A DNA stretch of 64,000 bases from an uncultured bacterium (GTDB lineage Bacteria > Patescibacteriota > Microgenomatia > Levybacterales > UBA12049), in assembly GCA_963826535.1 (NCBI GenBank), contig CAWGXL010000011.1:320809-384808 (forward strand). Reading direction: 5' to 3'. This document shows, in pieces, positions 48,994 to 58,635 of the stretch. The first letter of the stretch is position 1; each line of letters opens with the position of its first letter. The notes below the pieces were generated by a model. That model searched no databases and was not told where the DNA came from. It was given only the letters and a program-made list of their open reading frames with translations. The position numbers were made by a program, and so were the translations under genes.

Positions 48994-49286
48994 ATGTGGT
49001 GGAAAAACAGGCTTATGCTTTTATTAACAACTTATACTCAAAGATATCAACAGGTTTTCCACATTTATCACCTTTTATTTCTACGTCTTTAATTATTACT
49101 ATTGAGAATATTATTAAAAACTAGAAATTTGTGTAAAAAAATAAATTATATCTACCGGCTCCGCCAGTTGGCGGATGAAATTTAAGCAAACACTATTTAT
49201 TATTATCTTATGAGACAAACTACCCTTGCATTTTTCCACTTTTCCATATACACTACTACAACAACAAAATAATATAATACGATGCT
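48909..49286. other. Probable oriC
   Basis: dnaA-dnaN gap with DnaA boxes TGTGGATAA 48909, TTATTAACA 49021, TTTTCCACA 49055, TTTTCCACT 49232 and TTTTCCATA 49240. Followed by a DnaA-trio-like actactacaacaac run and an AT-rich tract. Confidence 0.85.
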
Positions 49287-50396
49287 ATGAAGGTTGAGAT
49301 TATTGTCAGTAATTTACGAGATAAGTTATCCTTTCTTAATCATGTTATATCTTCAAAAAGCCAACTGCCAATATTGTTTAATTTCCTGATTGAAACTGAA
49401 GATGGTAAACTTCGATTAAGTAGTACAGACCTTGAAATAGGAATGGAAACTTATATTCCTGCGACAATTAAAGAAGCGGGGGGAGTTACGGTGCCTGCGC
49501 GTACTTTTACCGAGCTCATAAACTCACTAACTGATGCCACTATTACTTTACAATCAACAGACAACAACCTTGAGGTAATTAGCAAGAAAACAAAAAGCGT
49601 GTTTCAAACAATGTCCAGGAAGGATTTCCCAAAACTTTACGATGTGCGCGGGGATTTGATCGCCGTAATGGACGCTAATGAATTACGAAAAGCTTTTTCT
49701 ACAGTAATTTTTTCTGCAAGTCAGGATACTACCAGGCCTGCCTTATCAGGTGTTTTAGTGAGGCGTGAGAAAGAGGGATTTTTGTTGGTGGCGACCGATG
49801 GTTTTAGATTATCCCTGCGACATTATAAACTACCTAATACAAACGAACAAACCTTAAAGTCTTTTATTGTATCCGCGCGTGTTTTCCGAGAGCTGTTAAC
49901 TATTAAAGAGGGTAAAAAGGAGGTTGAAATGTATATAGCAGGCGGAAGTAATCAGATTATTTTTCAGCAAGGGGATACCCTTATTATTGGAAGACTAATT
50001 GAAGCGGACTTTCCCAGTTTTGAGAAGATTATTCCAACTGACTTCTCGCTGAGCGTAACTTTTGACCGGGAAGAATTGCTTGACGCGGTTAAGATATGTT
50101 CTATTTTTGCGAGGGATAGCGCTAATGTTGTCAAATTAAGCTTACACAAAGATCATATTACTGTTTCTTCGTCATCTCCTTCAGTGGGAAATAATACTGT
50201 TGATGTGGATGCAAAGCTCAGTGGTGAGGAGAATGAGATTGCATTTAACGCGAAATATCTTTTGGATTTATTAAGTAATTTGTCTGAGGGTAGATTGGTT
50301 TTTGACATGATTGGGCCGCTTAACCCCGGGGTATTTAAAGTAGAAGGTGATGCTTCTTTTTTGCATTTAATTATGCCGATCAGGACAGGGGCGTAA
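49287..50396 (+). CDS. dnaN: DNA polymerase III beta clamp
   Basis: STDLEIG, RPALSGV, VATDGFRL, IAFNAKYL, HLIMPIR. Confidence 0.97.
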   Translation: MKVEIIVSNLRDKLSFLNHVISSKSQLPILFNFLIETEDGKLRLSSTDLEIGMETYIPATIKEAGGVTVPARTFTELINSLTDATITLQSTDNNLEVISKKTKSVFQTMSRKDFPKLYDVRGDLIAVMDANELRKAFSTVIFSASQDTTRPALSGVLVRREKEGFLLVATDGFRLSLRHYKLPNTNEQTLKSFIVSARVFRELLTIKEGKKEVEMYIAGGSNQIIFQQGDTLIIGRLIEADFPSFEKIIPTDFSLSVTFDREELLDAVKICSIFARDSANVVKLSLHKDHITVSSSSPSVGNNTVDVDAKLSGEENEIAFNAKYLLDLLSNLSEGRLVFDMIGPLNPGVFKVEGDASFLHLIMPIRTGA

Positions 50397-50408
50397 AATA
50401 GGTTAATA

Positions 50409-51002
50409 CTACTGACAATTTGGAGCCAAAGTACTGAAAATAATATTTGAATCACCCAATTCATTCCTTATATCCCAATTTAAAATAAATTCGAGGGGGT
50501 AATTACAGATTGCGTCTTGACTGAATCCGCGATTTAGGAACCATTGAACAGCTTCTTCTTTTGCAAGGCTGATATTGGTTGTTTTTATTTCAACCTCGAA
50601 TATATTAAGTGTGCCATTATAGTCAATGCGCATGTTTGGAGATGTATATATTGTGCCTGACTCCGCATCTTCCGGCAGAAAATCTAATAATATTTTGAGC
50701 GCAGCCGCTTTATCGCTTTCTGAAAGAGGTTTTCTGTTTTGTATTTTTTCTATAAGCAGGTTTTGTGATGATGGATCATATTCTATTATGGGTTTTTTTT
50801 CAGGTTGAAAGTTTGGGGGTATATAAATAAAAGTGGGAGTTGTCGAGTTTTGTTGTGTTTGATTTTGCGCTGGTTGTTTAAGAGCTTTTCTATTAGCGCG
50901 TTGGGAGAGATAATTTAGATAGGTTATTACAACCATAATTATAATCAAGATTAAAGCTATTAATACAATTAAGATATTTTCGAATTTTATCTTTTTTATC
51001 AT
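50409..51002 (-). CDS. Membrane-anchored hypothetical protein, last gene of the T4SS-like operon
   Basis: N-terminal TM, Q/P-rich linker, two C-terminal Cys; co-oriented with virB4. Confidence 0.6.
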   Translation of the reverse strand: MIKKIKFENILIVLIALILIIIMVVITYLNYLSQRANRKALKQPAQNQTQQNSTTPTFIYIPPNFQPEKKPIIEYDPSSQNLLIEKIQNRKPLSESDKAAALKILLDFLPEDAESGTIYTSPNMRIDYNGTLNIFEVEIKTTNISLAKEEAVQWFLNRGFSQDAICNYPLEFILNWDIRNELGDSNIIFSTLAPNCQ

Positions 51003-51017
51003 AATTTAATGTTTTTG

Positions 51018-52367
51018 TCAGCGACAGTTTGGTCTGCTTGCAGTGTGGCCTAACCCATCACCTCCTGGAAAAAGCTTATTCCATTTGCACCAATATCTAT
51101 ATGGGTCATTATTATTGTAACTTTTCATATAATTGATCCCATTACTGATTTGAGATTGCCAGTGGACATCTCCTAAGTCGGAGGAGTTATTTGATTTAAA
51201 CCTGCTCCCCATTTGGAATAATCCCCAAGCCCCATATGGGTTGGGAGTTCCTATGCCCGGGTCTGCCCAGGCAAGAGGATCTAAAGAGCTTTCTCCATTA
51301 AGAACAACGTGCCATTTTAACGCTCTTTCGGGGTCAAGTTGTTGTAGCATCTGGTCCAATTTAGGAATTGCGAAGTCGCATTGAGGATCGCCGAAATTTT
51401 CTTTAAGATAGCGGTTTTTGGCTATTCTAGCGGCGTATTTTGCGTTACAGTCGTCCAGGGTAGCGCTTTGGCTTGCGATGTCAGGGCAGGCAAATTCTCC
51501 ACTTGCGCCTCCTCCACCAAACTCGCCACCCCCGCCCTGAGCGGGCTCTTGGCCACCGGCAGGGTTAGCAGGGGCGGTGCTATTTCCAAAGTAGGTTATA
51601 TCCCAGTGGTTGAACCCACTTTCAAAAACATACTCGTTTCCATCATTATCCTTATATCTTGGACCACCATGTGCACCAGGTCTTTCTCCGTCAGGGGTTA
51701 AGCTTTTTATGTAATTTGATACGGCGTCGGTATTTCCGTTTGAAGTAATATCAACCTTATATCCACTCGGATGGGTGTGTTGTCCTTCCGATGAATGTCC
51801 CGGCTCTGTTCCGCCAAAAACTGTAAAAGAAGACCCGACTTTCTGTTTCAATTTAATGACTCCGTCTAAAGTAGATTGTCTTATGCCTCCGAGGTATGTG
51901 CACCCTTCGTTGTTTGTGAAGCAATGATTGGATGAGTCTATGGAAATACCTGCATTGCTTAGTTGTTGGGCTGCGGCATCATGAGAAACATCTCCTGTAG
52001 TTGCGCTTTGGCTGGCGGATGGGGTACAGCTGGTGGCTCCGCCTGCGCCTTCGGGAATATCATATCCGGTAAACATGGTAATAATTATGTTGATAATAAA
52101 TATAAAGAAAATAATTATTAAAATTGCGATTAAAACATAAGGATTAAGTACTACCCGAGCAGCAACTTGAGTTCCTATTCTAGCTGCTGCTTGCCCTGCT
52201 TTTGCTCCTGCTTTTGATGCTGCCTGACTTGCTTTTCGTGAGGCTAATTTATTAATTGAGGATTTAGGTGTTTGTAATTTTGCATGTCCATGAGCATGAC
52301 TATGAGATTTGTCATCTTCTTTTTCCTCTTCAGGCGGGGCTTGCTGTTCGTCTTCGGGATCCTGCAT
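51018..52367 (-). CDS. Membrane-anchored putative cell-wall hydrolase (LAS/M15-like peptidase plus lysozyme/SLT-like domain)
   Basis: H-x6-D (HPSGYKVD)...HWD, then ESS...GAWGLFQ. Confidence 0.6.
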   Translation of the reverse strand: MQDPEDEQQAPPEEEKEDDKSHSHAHGHAKLQTPKSSINKLASRKASQAASKAGAKAGQAAARIGTQVAARVVLNPYVLIAILIIIFFIFIINIIITMFTGYDIPEGAGGATSCTPSASQSATTGDVSHDAAAQQLSNAGISIDSSNHCFTNNEGCTYLGGIRQSTLDGVIKLKQKVGSSFTVFGGTEPGHSSEGQHTHPSGYKVDITSNGNTDAVSNYIKSLTPDGERPGAHGGPRYKDNDGNEYVFESGFNHWDITYFGNSTAPANPAGGQEPAQGGGGEFGGGGASGEFACPDIASQSATLDDCNAKYAARIAKNRYLKENFGDPQCDFAIPKLDQMLQQLDPERALKWHVVLNGESSLDPLAWADPGIGTPNPYGAWGLFQMGSRFKSNNSSDLGDVHWQSQISNGINYMKSYNNNDPYRYWCKWNKLFPGGDGLGHTASRPNCR

Positions 52368-52386
52368 AGTTATATACTAGCAAATT

Positions 52387-54522
52387 TTAGGGTTTGGGGG
52401 GAAGAGCGGGTGATGGTGGGGAGGGGTTGACGTTTGTAGGGTTAGGTGGGGAGTGGTAGGTGGCGGCAGTTGGCGCGGTGGACGGCTTGGGGGGCGGGGA
52501 ACTGTGGAAAGTGGTTGCGGGTGGGGGATTCGTAGACGTATGGGTAGCAGAGGAGTCCGGTTCTGTAGACTCAGACTGTTTGTTTATAATAGTCATGGCT
52601 TCTTTAGCTTGTTGTCTTTTTAATAATTCCATGGGATTGGATGTAATAAGTTCATGTTCGAATGGAGCAGCAAATGTTTTCATGGCAACATGGTTTTGAC
52701 CGGCAAAGAAAAGTCCTTCGCCAACATCGGCTGAAAGCAGAAGGGCTTTTTCTCCTTCAGAAAGATAGAAAGTTTCGGCGATTTTGTCTACTTCGGCTGT
52801 TCCTTGTTTGAGAAGTATTTGAATAGAGGAATTGGTAAGGACGGCTTTGCCATAGTTGGTTTTCATAAAATCTTCTACGTCCTGGGTAGCAGTAGTCATG
52901 CCCAGGAAGTATTTTCTAGCGCGTTTGGCAATGGAGTAAACGAAAGAGGCGGAATCTTCATATTTCATCATATACCAACCCTCGTCCAGAATAAGCAGGC
53001 GCTTTTTGAGAGTTTTTTTGACTTTGGTCCAGACAAAATCGAGGATAATATGCATGGCGACCGGCCGAAGTTCTTCTTCAAGATTGCGGATGGAAAAAAT
53101 GGTCAGACTATTGTTGATTTCAAAGTTTGACTGTTGATTGAATATTCCTGAGGCGCTTCCTTTGATGAATTTTTCAAGACGATAGGCGAGATCTCTGGCT
53201 GTGGAGGTTTCATAACCTAACAGCACTTTATATAAATCCTCCAAGAGGGGCGGCTGCTTTTTTTGGGTTGCCGGGTCAGTTGTGATACCTTTTTGGCGGT
53301 AAGTTTCAATCATAGCCCGGTCTAAAATTGCGTCATGTTCGGCATCCATATCGCCCATGATAATATTAAGTAATCCGTGAAGGGAAAGAACTTTTAGGCC
53401 CAATTCGTTTTCTCCTTCTTCAAATACGCCTGACATGTCAAAAGGGTTTATTTTTATAGTGGATCCGGACGAGAATTCTACAACTTCTCCGCCTAATTCA
53501 GGCGCGATTGTGCCATATTCTCCTTCGGGATCAATTACAATTACTTCAGCGCCGAGCATGAACTGACGCAGAATTTCAAGTTTTATAAGATAGGATTTTC
53601 CAGCACCCGATTTTCCTAAAATAACTTCGTTGGCATTTTCTAAGGTGAACCTGTCGAAGATAATCAACGAGCCGTTTTGTTGATTTACGCCATACATAAC
53701 ACCTCTATTTTGCGTTAAAACGGCAGATGTGAAAGGAAAAGTGGAAGCCAAAGAAGTTGTGTCCATATTTCTAGTGATATATAAACGGTCTTGTCCCATG
53801 GGTAGTGTTGATCTAAAACCGTCTTCCATTTGTAATGTAGCAATTTTGCCGGTTAGTAAGAGTGCGCCCAGGGCAGTCTGCAGCTCTTTGACTGTTTGTT
53901 GGAGCTTTGCCAGGTCGTCGATGGAGACAGTGAGGTAGAGGGAGAACTGAAAGAAGCGTTCAATGCCTTTAGCAAGCTCCTCTTGAAGTCCGAGAGCGTC
54001 TTCTAATGCAGCTTCGGTTGTCGGGTCTGCGGCTTTACCTTGCTCGCCATCTGATTGGATAGTTGCCTGCATTTCGGCAATTTTTCTTCTCAAATCGGCT
54101 AAAACGTCTTTTGAAGATGTGGGGTATATAAACATGGCGATATCCAAAGTGTGATCATAGTCAATTATGGGTTGTAACCAGCCAGGAGAGACGTAGCGTG
54201 GGTAGCCAGCCGCAAATAAGGTTGAGTAAAATGTGTCACTAACGCGGATAAAGCGGAAGTCAACTTCAACAGACGATGGCGAAATGATATCAATAATAGA
54301 TGAGAGACCTTTCTCTAGGGTTTGCAGGTTTGACGCAGGCGCTGGTTTTGGTTTTGTTTGAGCTGTTTTTGCCGGACGCAAGACTGTTCCCGGCTTCACC
54401 GGCTTTGAGACTACAGCATGGTTGGCAGGGTGCGCGTTTATACCCGGCTTGGCAAGTGGTGGTACACCCCGGGGTGTTGCTTGTGATTGTTGGTTTGGTT
54501 TTTTTAAAAAGGGCAGATTCAT
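52387..54522 (-). CDS. virB4: VirB4-like T4SS ATPase
   Basis: FPFTS, NANEVILGKSGAGKS, IDPEGEY, INPFD, LDEGW, KRARKY, TQDVEDF. Confidence 0.88.
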   Translation of the reverse strand: MNLPFLKKPNQQSQATPRGVPPLAKPGINAHPANHAVVSKPVKPGTVLRPAKTAQTKPKPAPASNLQTLEKGLSSIIDIISPSSVEVDFRFIRVSDTFYSTLFAAGYPRYVSPGWLQPIIDYDHTLDIAMFIYPTSSKDVLADLRRKIAEMQATIQSDGEQGKAADPTTEAALEDALGLQEELAKGIERFFQFSLYLTVSIDDLAKLQQTVKELQTALGALLLTGKIATLQMEDGFRSTLPMGQDRLYITRNMDTTSLASTFPFTSAVLTQNRGVMYGVNQQNGSLIIFDRFTLENANEVILGKSGAGKSYLIKLEILRQFMLGAEVIVIDPEGEYGTIAPELGGEVVEFSSGSTIKINPFDMSGVFEEGENELGLKVLSLHGLLNIIMGDMDAEHDAILDRAMIETYRQKGITTDPATQKKQPPLLEDLYKVLLGYETSTARDLAYRLEKFIKGSASGIFNQQSNFEINNSLTIFSIRNLEEELRPVAMHIILDFVWTKVKKTLKKRLLILDEGWYMMKYEDSASFVYSIAKRARKYFLGMTTATQDVEDFMKTNYGKAVLTNSSIQILLKQGTAEVDKIAETFYLSEGEKALLLSADVGEGLFFAGQNHVAMKTFAAPFEHELITSNPMELLKRQQAKEAMTIINKQSESTEPDSSATHTSTNPPPATTFHSSPPPKPSTAPTAATYHSPPNPTNVNPSPPSPALPPKP

Positions 54523-54523
54523 G

Positions 54524-55186
54524 TTACTCCTTAGTTCCTCCTGTAATTATTGTAGCATTTGTGCCGTTTTCCATTTGCTCTACCTGTATGCCGGCACCCT
54601 CATTATAGATATCATAGAAGAGTTTTATCAGATCTTCTTTTTCTAAAATTCTAGCGGACATGGCAAATTTCTGCAATTGTGTTAATATAGAGTCAGCTTT
54701 TGAACTCAGCGATTTTTTGGCCTTATCGGCAAAAACTTCAATTTCCGTAGTTTTTTTCTGTGAGGAATGTGCGGCTCCGCTTACTCCACCTTCAAGCGCA
54801 GAGTAGGGTATAGCTATGTAAAAGGATTTACTCAAGACAACATTGACTGTTACCATTTCATGGACAAAGGTTCGATATAATTTAATATGAGTTTTTAATT
54901 GAGGTGATTTGGTGGTGTTTTCTATTTCGTCCAGCTCCTTCAAATAAGAACTGATATCCATCCGTTTATTGCGGATTATAATTTGAATAGGAAACGAGAG
55001 AGAGTTGAGGAGTGCGGCGTATGAGAAAATTCTTGTGTCCTGTTCCCTTTGGGACAAAAGAGCAAAGTTACTTGCAGTTATTTCGATTATTAAACACGCG
55101 TTTCCTCCTTCCAGGATCACGATATTGTCAATGAAATCAATAATCTCTGTAAATTTTTGTGTTGACGCATGAATTTTTTTGGCCAT
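54524..55186 (-). CDS. VirB4-associated protein (TraC/TcpE-like)
   Basis: NFALLSQREQD..IFSYAALLNSLSFPIQI; lies between prgI and virB4. Confidence 0.6.
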   Translation of the reverse strand: MAKKIHASTQKFTEIIDFIDNIVILEGGNACLIIEITASNFALLSQREQDTRIFSYAALLNSLSFPIQIIIRNKRMDISSYLKELDEIENTTKSPQLKTHIKLYRTFVHEMVTVNVVLSKSFYIAIPYSALEGGVSGAAHSSQKKTTEIEVFADKAKKSLSSKADSILTQLQKFAMSARILEKEDLIKLFYDIYNEGAGIQVEQMENGTNATIITGGTKE

Positions 55187-55193
55187 AGTTTAT

Positions 55194-55221
55194 GACGTAA
55201 GACGTAAGACGTAAGACGTAA
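55194..55221. repeat. 4 x 7-bp perfect tandem repeat GACGTAA
   Basis: Lies in the 46-bp gap between prgI and the next gene, 7 nt from its ATG. Confidence 0.9.
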
Positions 55222-55232
55222 GAATTTTCATT

Positions 55233-56342
55233 TTAATTAAATAGTTGTTTATGTAATTCTTCCCGGGCGTCGTGTGATATTATTTCAATTGGGAGCATGA
55301 TTTGTTTGTTAGCGTTTATTTGGATAATGCCAAATGCATGTTGTTTTTTGGGGTCTTCGAGTTCAATTGCATAGGTACCATCTGCCAGGGGAGTGGCTGA
55401 GGCGAATTGCCCCAAGGGATTGGTTTTAAATGCACGAACAGGATTTCCATCTTTATCCTTTACCTCAACTAGAATATTAGGTAGTGAATTTCCCCGAGAA
55501 TCCTTAACAATACCGACGACAACATTGGGGGTATCAGATACATGAGGGAAACCTGCGCTTTTAGTCATATTCTGCGGTATGTTTCGGGCATGGGCTAAGT
55601 CTTGGGCGGGTGTTTGCTTTACTAATTGATGCTGAAGGAGCACCGGTTTTGGTTTCGGGGGGATTTGCGTTTGGGAGGTTACTATATTTGCTGGGTGCAG
55701 AAGTGCACCCGGATGCGCGGGATGCAAGGCTGCACCCGACTTTGGACTAGAAACTGGAAAATGGAGCGTTGGTTTTGTAGGAGTTTTTATTGTCACTGGC
55801 GCAGCAGTAAGTATGGGTTGCGGAGTTGGGGTAGGCATGGCGGCAATTGACTGTAAAAAGGCGACTTCTTTTTTATCCAGGGTATTTTTTGTATTCTGAT
55901 AGCTACTTGCTAATAATGCGCGGAGTTGCTGTCCCTTTTTGCTTTCCTGAAATACCTGACTTGTGGATTTTTGTACTGCTGTTGTTGCTTTGGCTGGTGG
56001 AGCTTTTGCGTAGCTAATTTGTGTAAAACTAAATTTTCTCCCTTTTTTAATATAGACATATTGATTGGGCGAAAATAAGGCGTGAAAGAAATTAGTGGTC
56101 ATTATATCAACCGGTCTTCCTTCAATTGGCACAAACGCTATTATAACGCCGGATAAACCGAATATCGGCACCAGTATTCCTTTGGTCACGAAATGCCAGA
56201 GGAATCCTTGTACAGGCGCATACCAGGATAGGACAGCCAGGATCGCACCGGCAGCAACATAACCAAACTGTTTGACAGTCATAGTGCCTATCAGCTTGAA
56301 CTGAAAGCCTGTTACATCTTGTGGGATCGGATGCTGCTCCAT
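55233..56342 (-). CDS. PrgI-family protein with C-terminal carboxypeptidase-regulatory-like domain
   Basis: MEQHPIPQDVTGFQFKLIG.MT.KQF, 2 TM, EGRP; C-terminal GIVKD..G..L.NILVEVKD...KTN.LGQF. Confidence 0.78.
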   Translation of the reverse strand: MEQHPIPQDVTGFQFKLIGTMTVKQFGYVAAGAILAVLSWYAPVQGFLWHFVTKGILVPIFGLSGVIIAFVPIEGRPVDIMTTNFFHALFSPNQYVYIKKGRKFSFTQISYAKAPPAKATTAVQKSTSQVFQESKKGQQLRALLASSYQNTKNTLDKKEVAFLQSIAAMPTPTPQPILTAAPVTIKTPTKPTLHFPVSSPKSGAALHPAHPGALLHPANIVTSQTQIPPKPKPVLLQHQLVKQTPAQDLAHARNIPQNMTKSAGFPHVSDTPNVVVGIVKDSRGNSLPNILVEVKDKDGNPVRAFKTNPLGQFASATPLADGTYAIELEDPKKQHAFGIIQINANKQIMLPIEIISHDAREELHKQLFN

Positions 56343-56553
56343 ATAAATAAATTCCGAGCCGCCATCAGTCAGCCCCGATTTTATCTGGGTCAGTTGACGG
56401 AGGCGGACGGCCTTTCTATTACAGAAAGTGTATAACGTGAAAAATTTGATTGCAAGAGCATCAAAGTGATTCAAACATGATAGGAAATTGTGATTAGATT
56501 CTTGTTTTCACAGGTAGGAGGCTGCGAAGTAAATGTTTTGTATAATAAAACAA

Positions 56554-57243
56554 ATGACAGTATTTCATTTAAAAATTATCGCTATCCTTACTATGGTTAT
56601 AGATCATATCGGTTTATACTTTTTTCCCGATATATTATTGTTTCGTATAGTTGGAAGGATTTCATTTCCGATTTTCGCATGGCTCATAGCTAATGGGGAA
56701 AAGCATACACAAAATATAAAGCGTTACTTGATCCGTTTATTTCTGTTTGCTTGTATATCTCAGCCTTTTTTTTATCTAACATATATCAATATAGATCCCA
56801 CATTTGATGGTCTAAATGTACTTTTTACCCTTTTTATTGGACTTGGTGCAATAATTGCGTTAAAGAAAATCAGAAATAAATTTTTAGCACTTATTTGTAT
56901 TGTATTGATGGCTGCAATGGCCGAAGTAATTAAGTCCGATTATGGTGCGATAGGTATTTTATCAATTGTATTCTTTTATATATTCTATAACAAAATGGCA
57001 AAAATGGTATTATCCCAGATATTTATTTATACAGCTGCATACTGGTTGTCGTTTCCGTTTTTCCCGAGTGAGCAGTTTTTTTTAAGCTTAATACAATCAT
57101 TTATTGGACTGACAGTACTTTTCTCATTATTTCTAATAATGAGATACAAGGGAGTTGAAGGTCCGAGAGTAAAACATCTTTTTTACGTGGTTTATCCGAT
57201 GCAGTATGTGGTAATTTATTTATTGCAAAAATTAGTTTATTGA
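56554..57243 (+). CDS. traX: TraX-family membrane acyltransferase
   Basis: LKIIAILTMVIDHIG, GRISFPIF, YLIRLFLFA.ISQ, NVLFTL, DYG, FY..YP. Confidence 0.82.
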   Translation: MTVFHLKIIAILTMVIDHIGLYFFPDILLFRIVGRISFPIFAWLIANGEKHTQNIKRYLIRLFLFACISQPFFYLTYINIDPTFDGLNVLFTLFIGLGAIIALKKIRNKFLALICIVLMAAMAEVIKSDYGAIGILSIVFFYIFYNKMAKMVLSQIFIYTAAYWLSFPFFPSEQFFLSLIQSFIGLTVLFSLFLIMRYKGVEGPRVKHLFYVVYPMQYVVIYLLQKLVY

Positions 57244-57572
57244 CAGCCTGTCATGAAAGTATTTAAATCAGTGAAGCCGGTGATACATGCTGTAGTGTTG
57301 GTAATGTAGCCGATGAAGTAAAGTATTGCGAAGGAGAGCAGGACTATTACAAGGCCTAGTATCGCGAATGTCATAATTTTTCTTGCACCTTCGACTTTTT
57401 TTGCGTCTCCTCCTGAGGTGACCATGCTTAATCCCGCATACATAATGAAGATAATAGCTACTATGCCAACAAACAGAAGAGCTGCGCTAATTACGTTCTT
57501 GAAGACAATAGGAATACAAGTGAGTTTAGGTATGCCGCTTGGATCAAGACAGCTATCCCAGGTCATGAACAT
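57237..57572 (-). CDS. VirB2/TrbC-like T4SS pilin
   Basis: Two TM segments around AG...TSGGDAKKVEGARKIMTFAILGL. Confidence 0.8.
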   Translation of the reverse strand: MFMTWDSCLDPSGIPKLTCIPIVFKNVISAALLFVGIVAIIFIMYAGLSMVTSGGDAKKVEGARKIMTFAILGLVIVLLSFAILYFIGYITNTTACITGFTDLNTFMTGCQ

Positions 57573-57733
57573 GTTTTAAGCTTAGCAATATGCTGAAAAA
57601 AAATCAAGAGTCAAGGCGTAACACTTCCCACCGTTAAGCTGGGCAACGCTCAGGTAGTATACTTATTATCGCTAGGATCCTTGGGATATTTTGAAAGTAG
57701 AGGGGTATAAATGTTACAAGAGGAGCGGTGTGA

Positions 57734-58138
57734 TTAAGCACCTAAGAGTTGTGGAAGAGACATGTTTTGGATATCGATTCCGAATAATCCTGCTACCAGT
57801 GAAACGATGAAGTAGGCGAGGAAAACAAGAACTAAACCGACAATTCCTCCTATAATTGTGTTTCTCGCTGCTTCAACTTTTGCCTTGTCTCCACCTGAGA
57901 CTATCCATTTTATACCTCCCCAGACTAAGAAGATGAGAGCTACAACGATAGCTATGATGAAAAGGGCTGTGAGTATGTTGCTAACCAGTTTTCCAAAATC
58001 ACTAGCTTGTAGACTGCAGACAACATTGAAATCTCCTTCAGGACAGGTGCTTATCTGTGCATAAGCCGGAAGCGCTAATGTTAGGGGAGCAAGAAGTCCG
58101 GTGACTGCTGCGATTAATTTTTTCAATTTGTTTTTCAT
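57734..58138 (-). CDS. VirB2/TrbC-like T4SS pilin
   Basis: Signal ending PAYA; GGIKWIVSGGDKAKVEAARNTIIGGIVGL. Confidence 0.82.
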   Translation of the reverse strand: MKNKLKKLIAAVTGLLAPLTLALPAYAQISTCPEGDFNVVCSLQASDFGKLVSNILTALFIIAIVVALIFLVWGGIKWIVSGGDKAKVEAARNTIIGGIVGLVLVFLAYFIVSLVAGLFGIDIQNMSLPQLLGA

Positions 58139-58198
58139 TACTTATTAATCATAAAACACTTTTTTACGGTTTGTCAATAGCTAAAATAGCTGAGCCTA

Positions 58199-58516
58199 TT
58201 AGAGGTTGAAATTCCAGAGATTAATATTGAAGAAATAGTTGAAGGCGCTGATGATAGCGAAGGAAATGAAGATTATGACCAGTCCGATAATTGCCCAGGT
58301 AAGACGAGCTCTGGCATGTGCGATTTTTTCTTTATCTCCACTGGAGGTGACCCATTGAATTCCGGCCCAGATGACAAATAATATTGTGACTACAATGCCT
58401 ACTGTAATAAAAAGTGTAAAGACATTGCTGATAATTGTTGATTCAGTCCCAGGTTGGGGTAGAGATGCGGGGGAATTGACGGTTTGGCCGCCAACTGTGA
58501 GAGCTAGATATTCCAT
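58199..58516 (-). CDS. VirB2/TrbC-like T4SS pilin
   Basis: AGIQWVTSSGDKEKIAHARARLTWAIIGL. Confidence 0.8.
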   Translation of the reverse strand: MEYLALTVGGQTVNSPASLPQPGTESTIISNVFTLFITVGIVVTILFVIWAGIQWVTSSGDKEKIAHARARLTWAIIGLVIIFISFAIISAFNYFFNINLWNFNL

Positions 58517-58635
58517 ATATATACAATATAATTTCAAATTTCAAATGTCAAATTTTCCCACAAGAGTACTAGCTTTTTCGAAGGGTCGCACGTTTCAAAT
58601 CAAAAATTTTTTTACCAATCAAGTATAATTTTTTT

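Noticed and set aside
50409-58537. Integrative conjugative element or plasmid
   Set aside because: No integrase, relaxase, coupling protein or att repeats are visible, and the cluster abuts dnaN. A chromosomal T4SS-like locus fits better.
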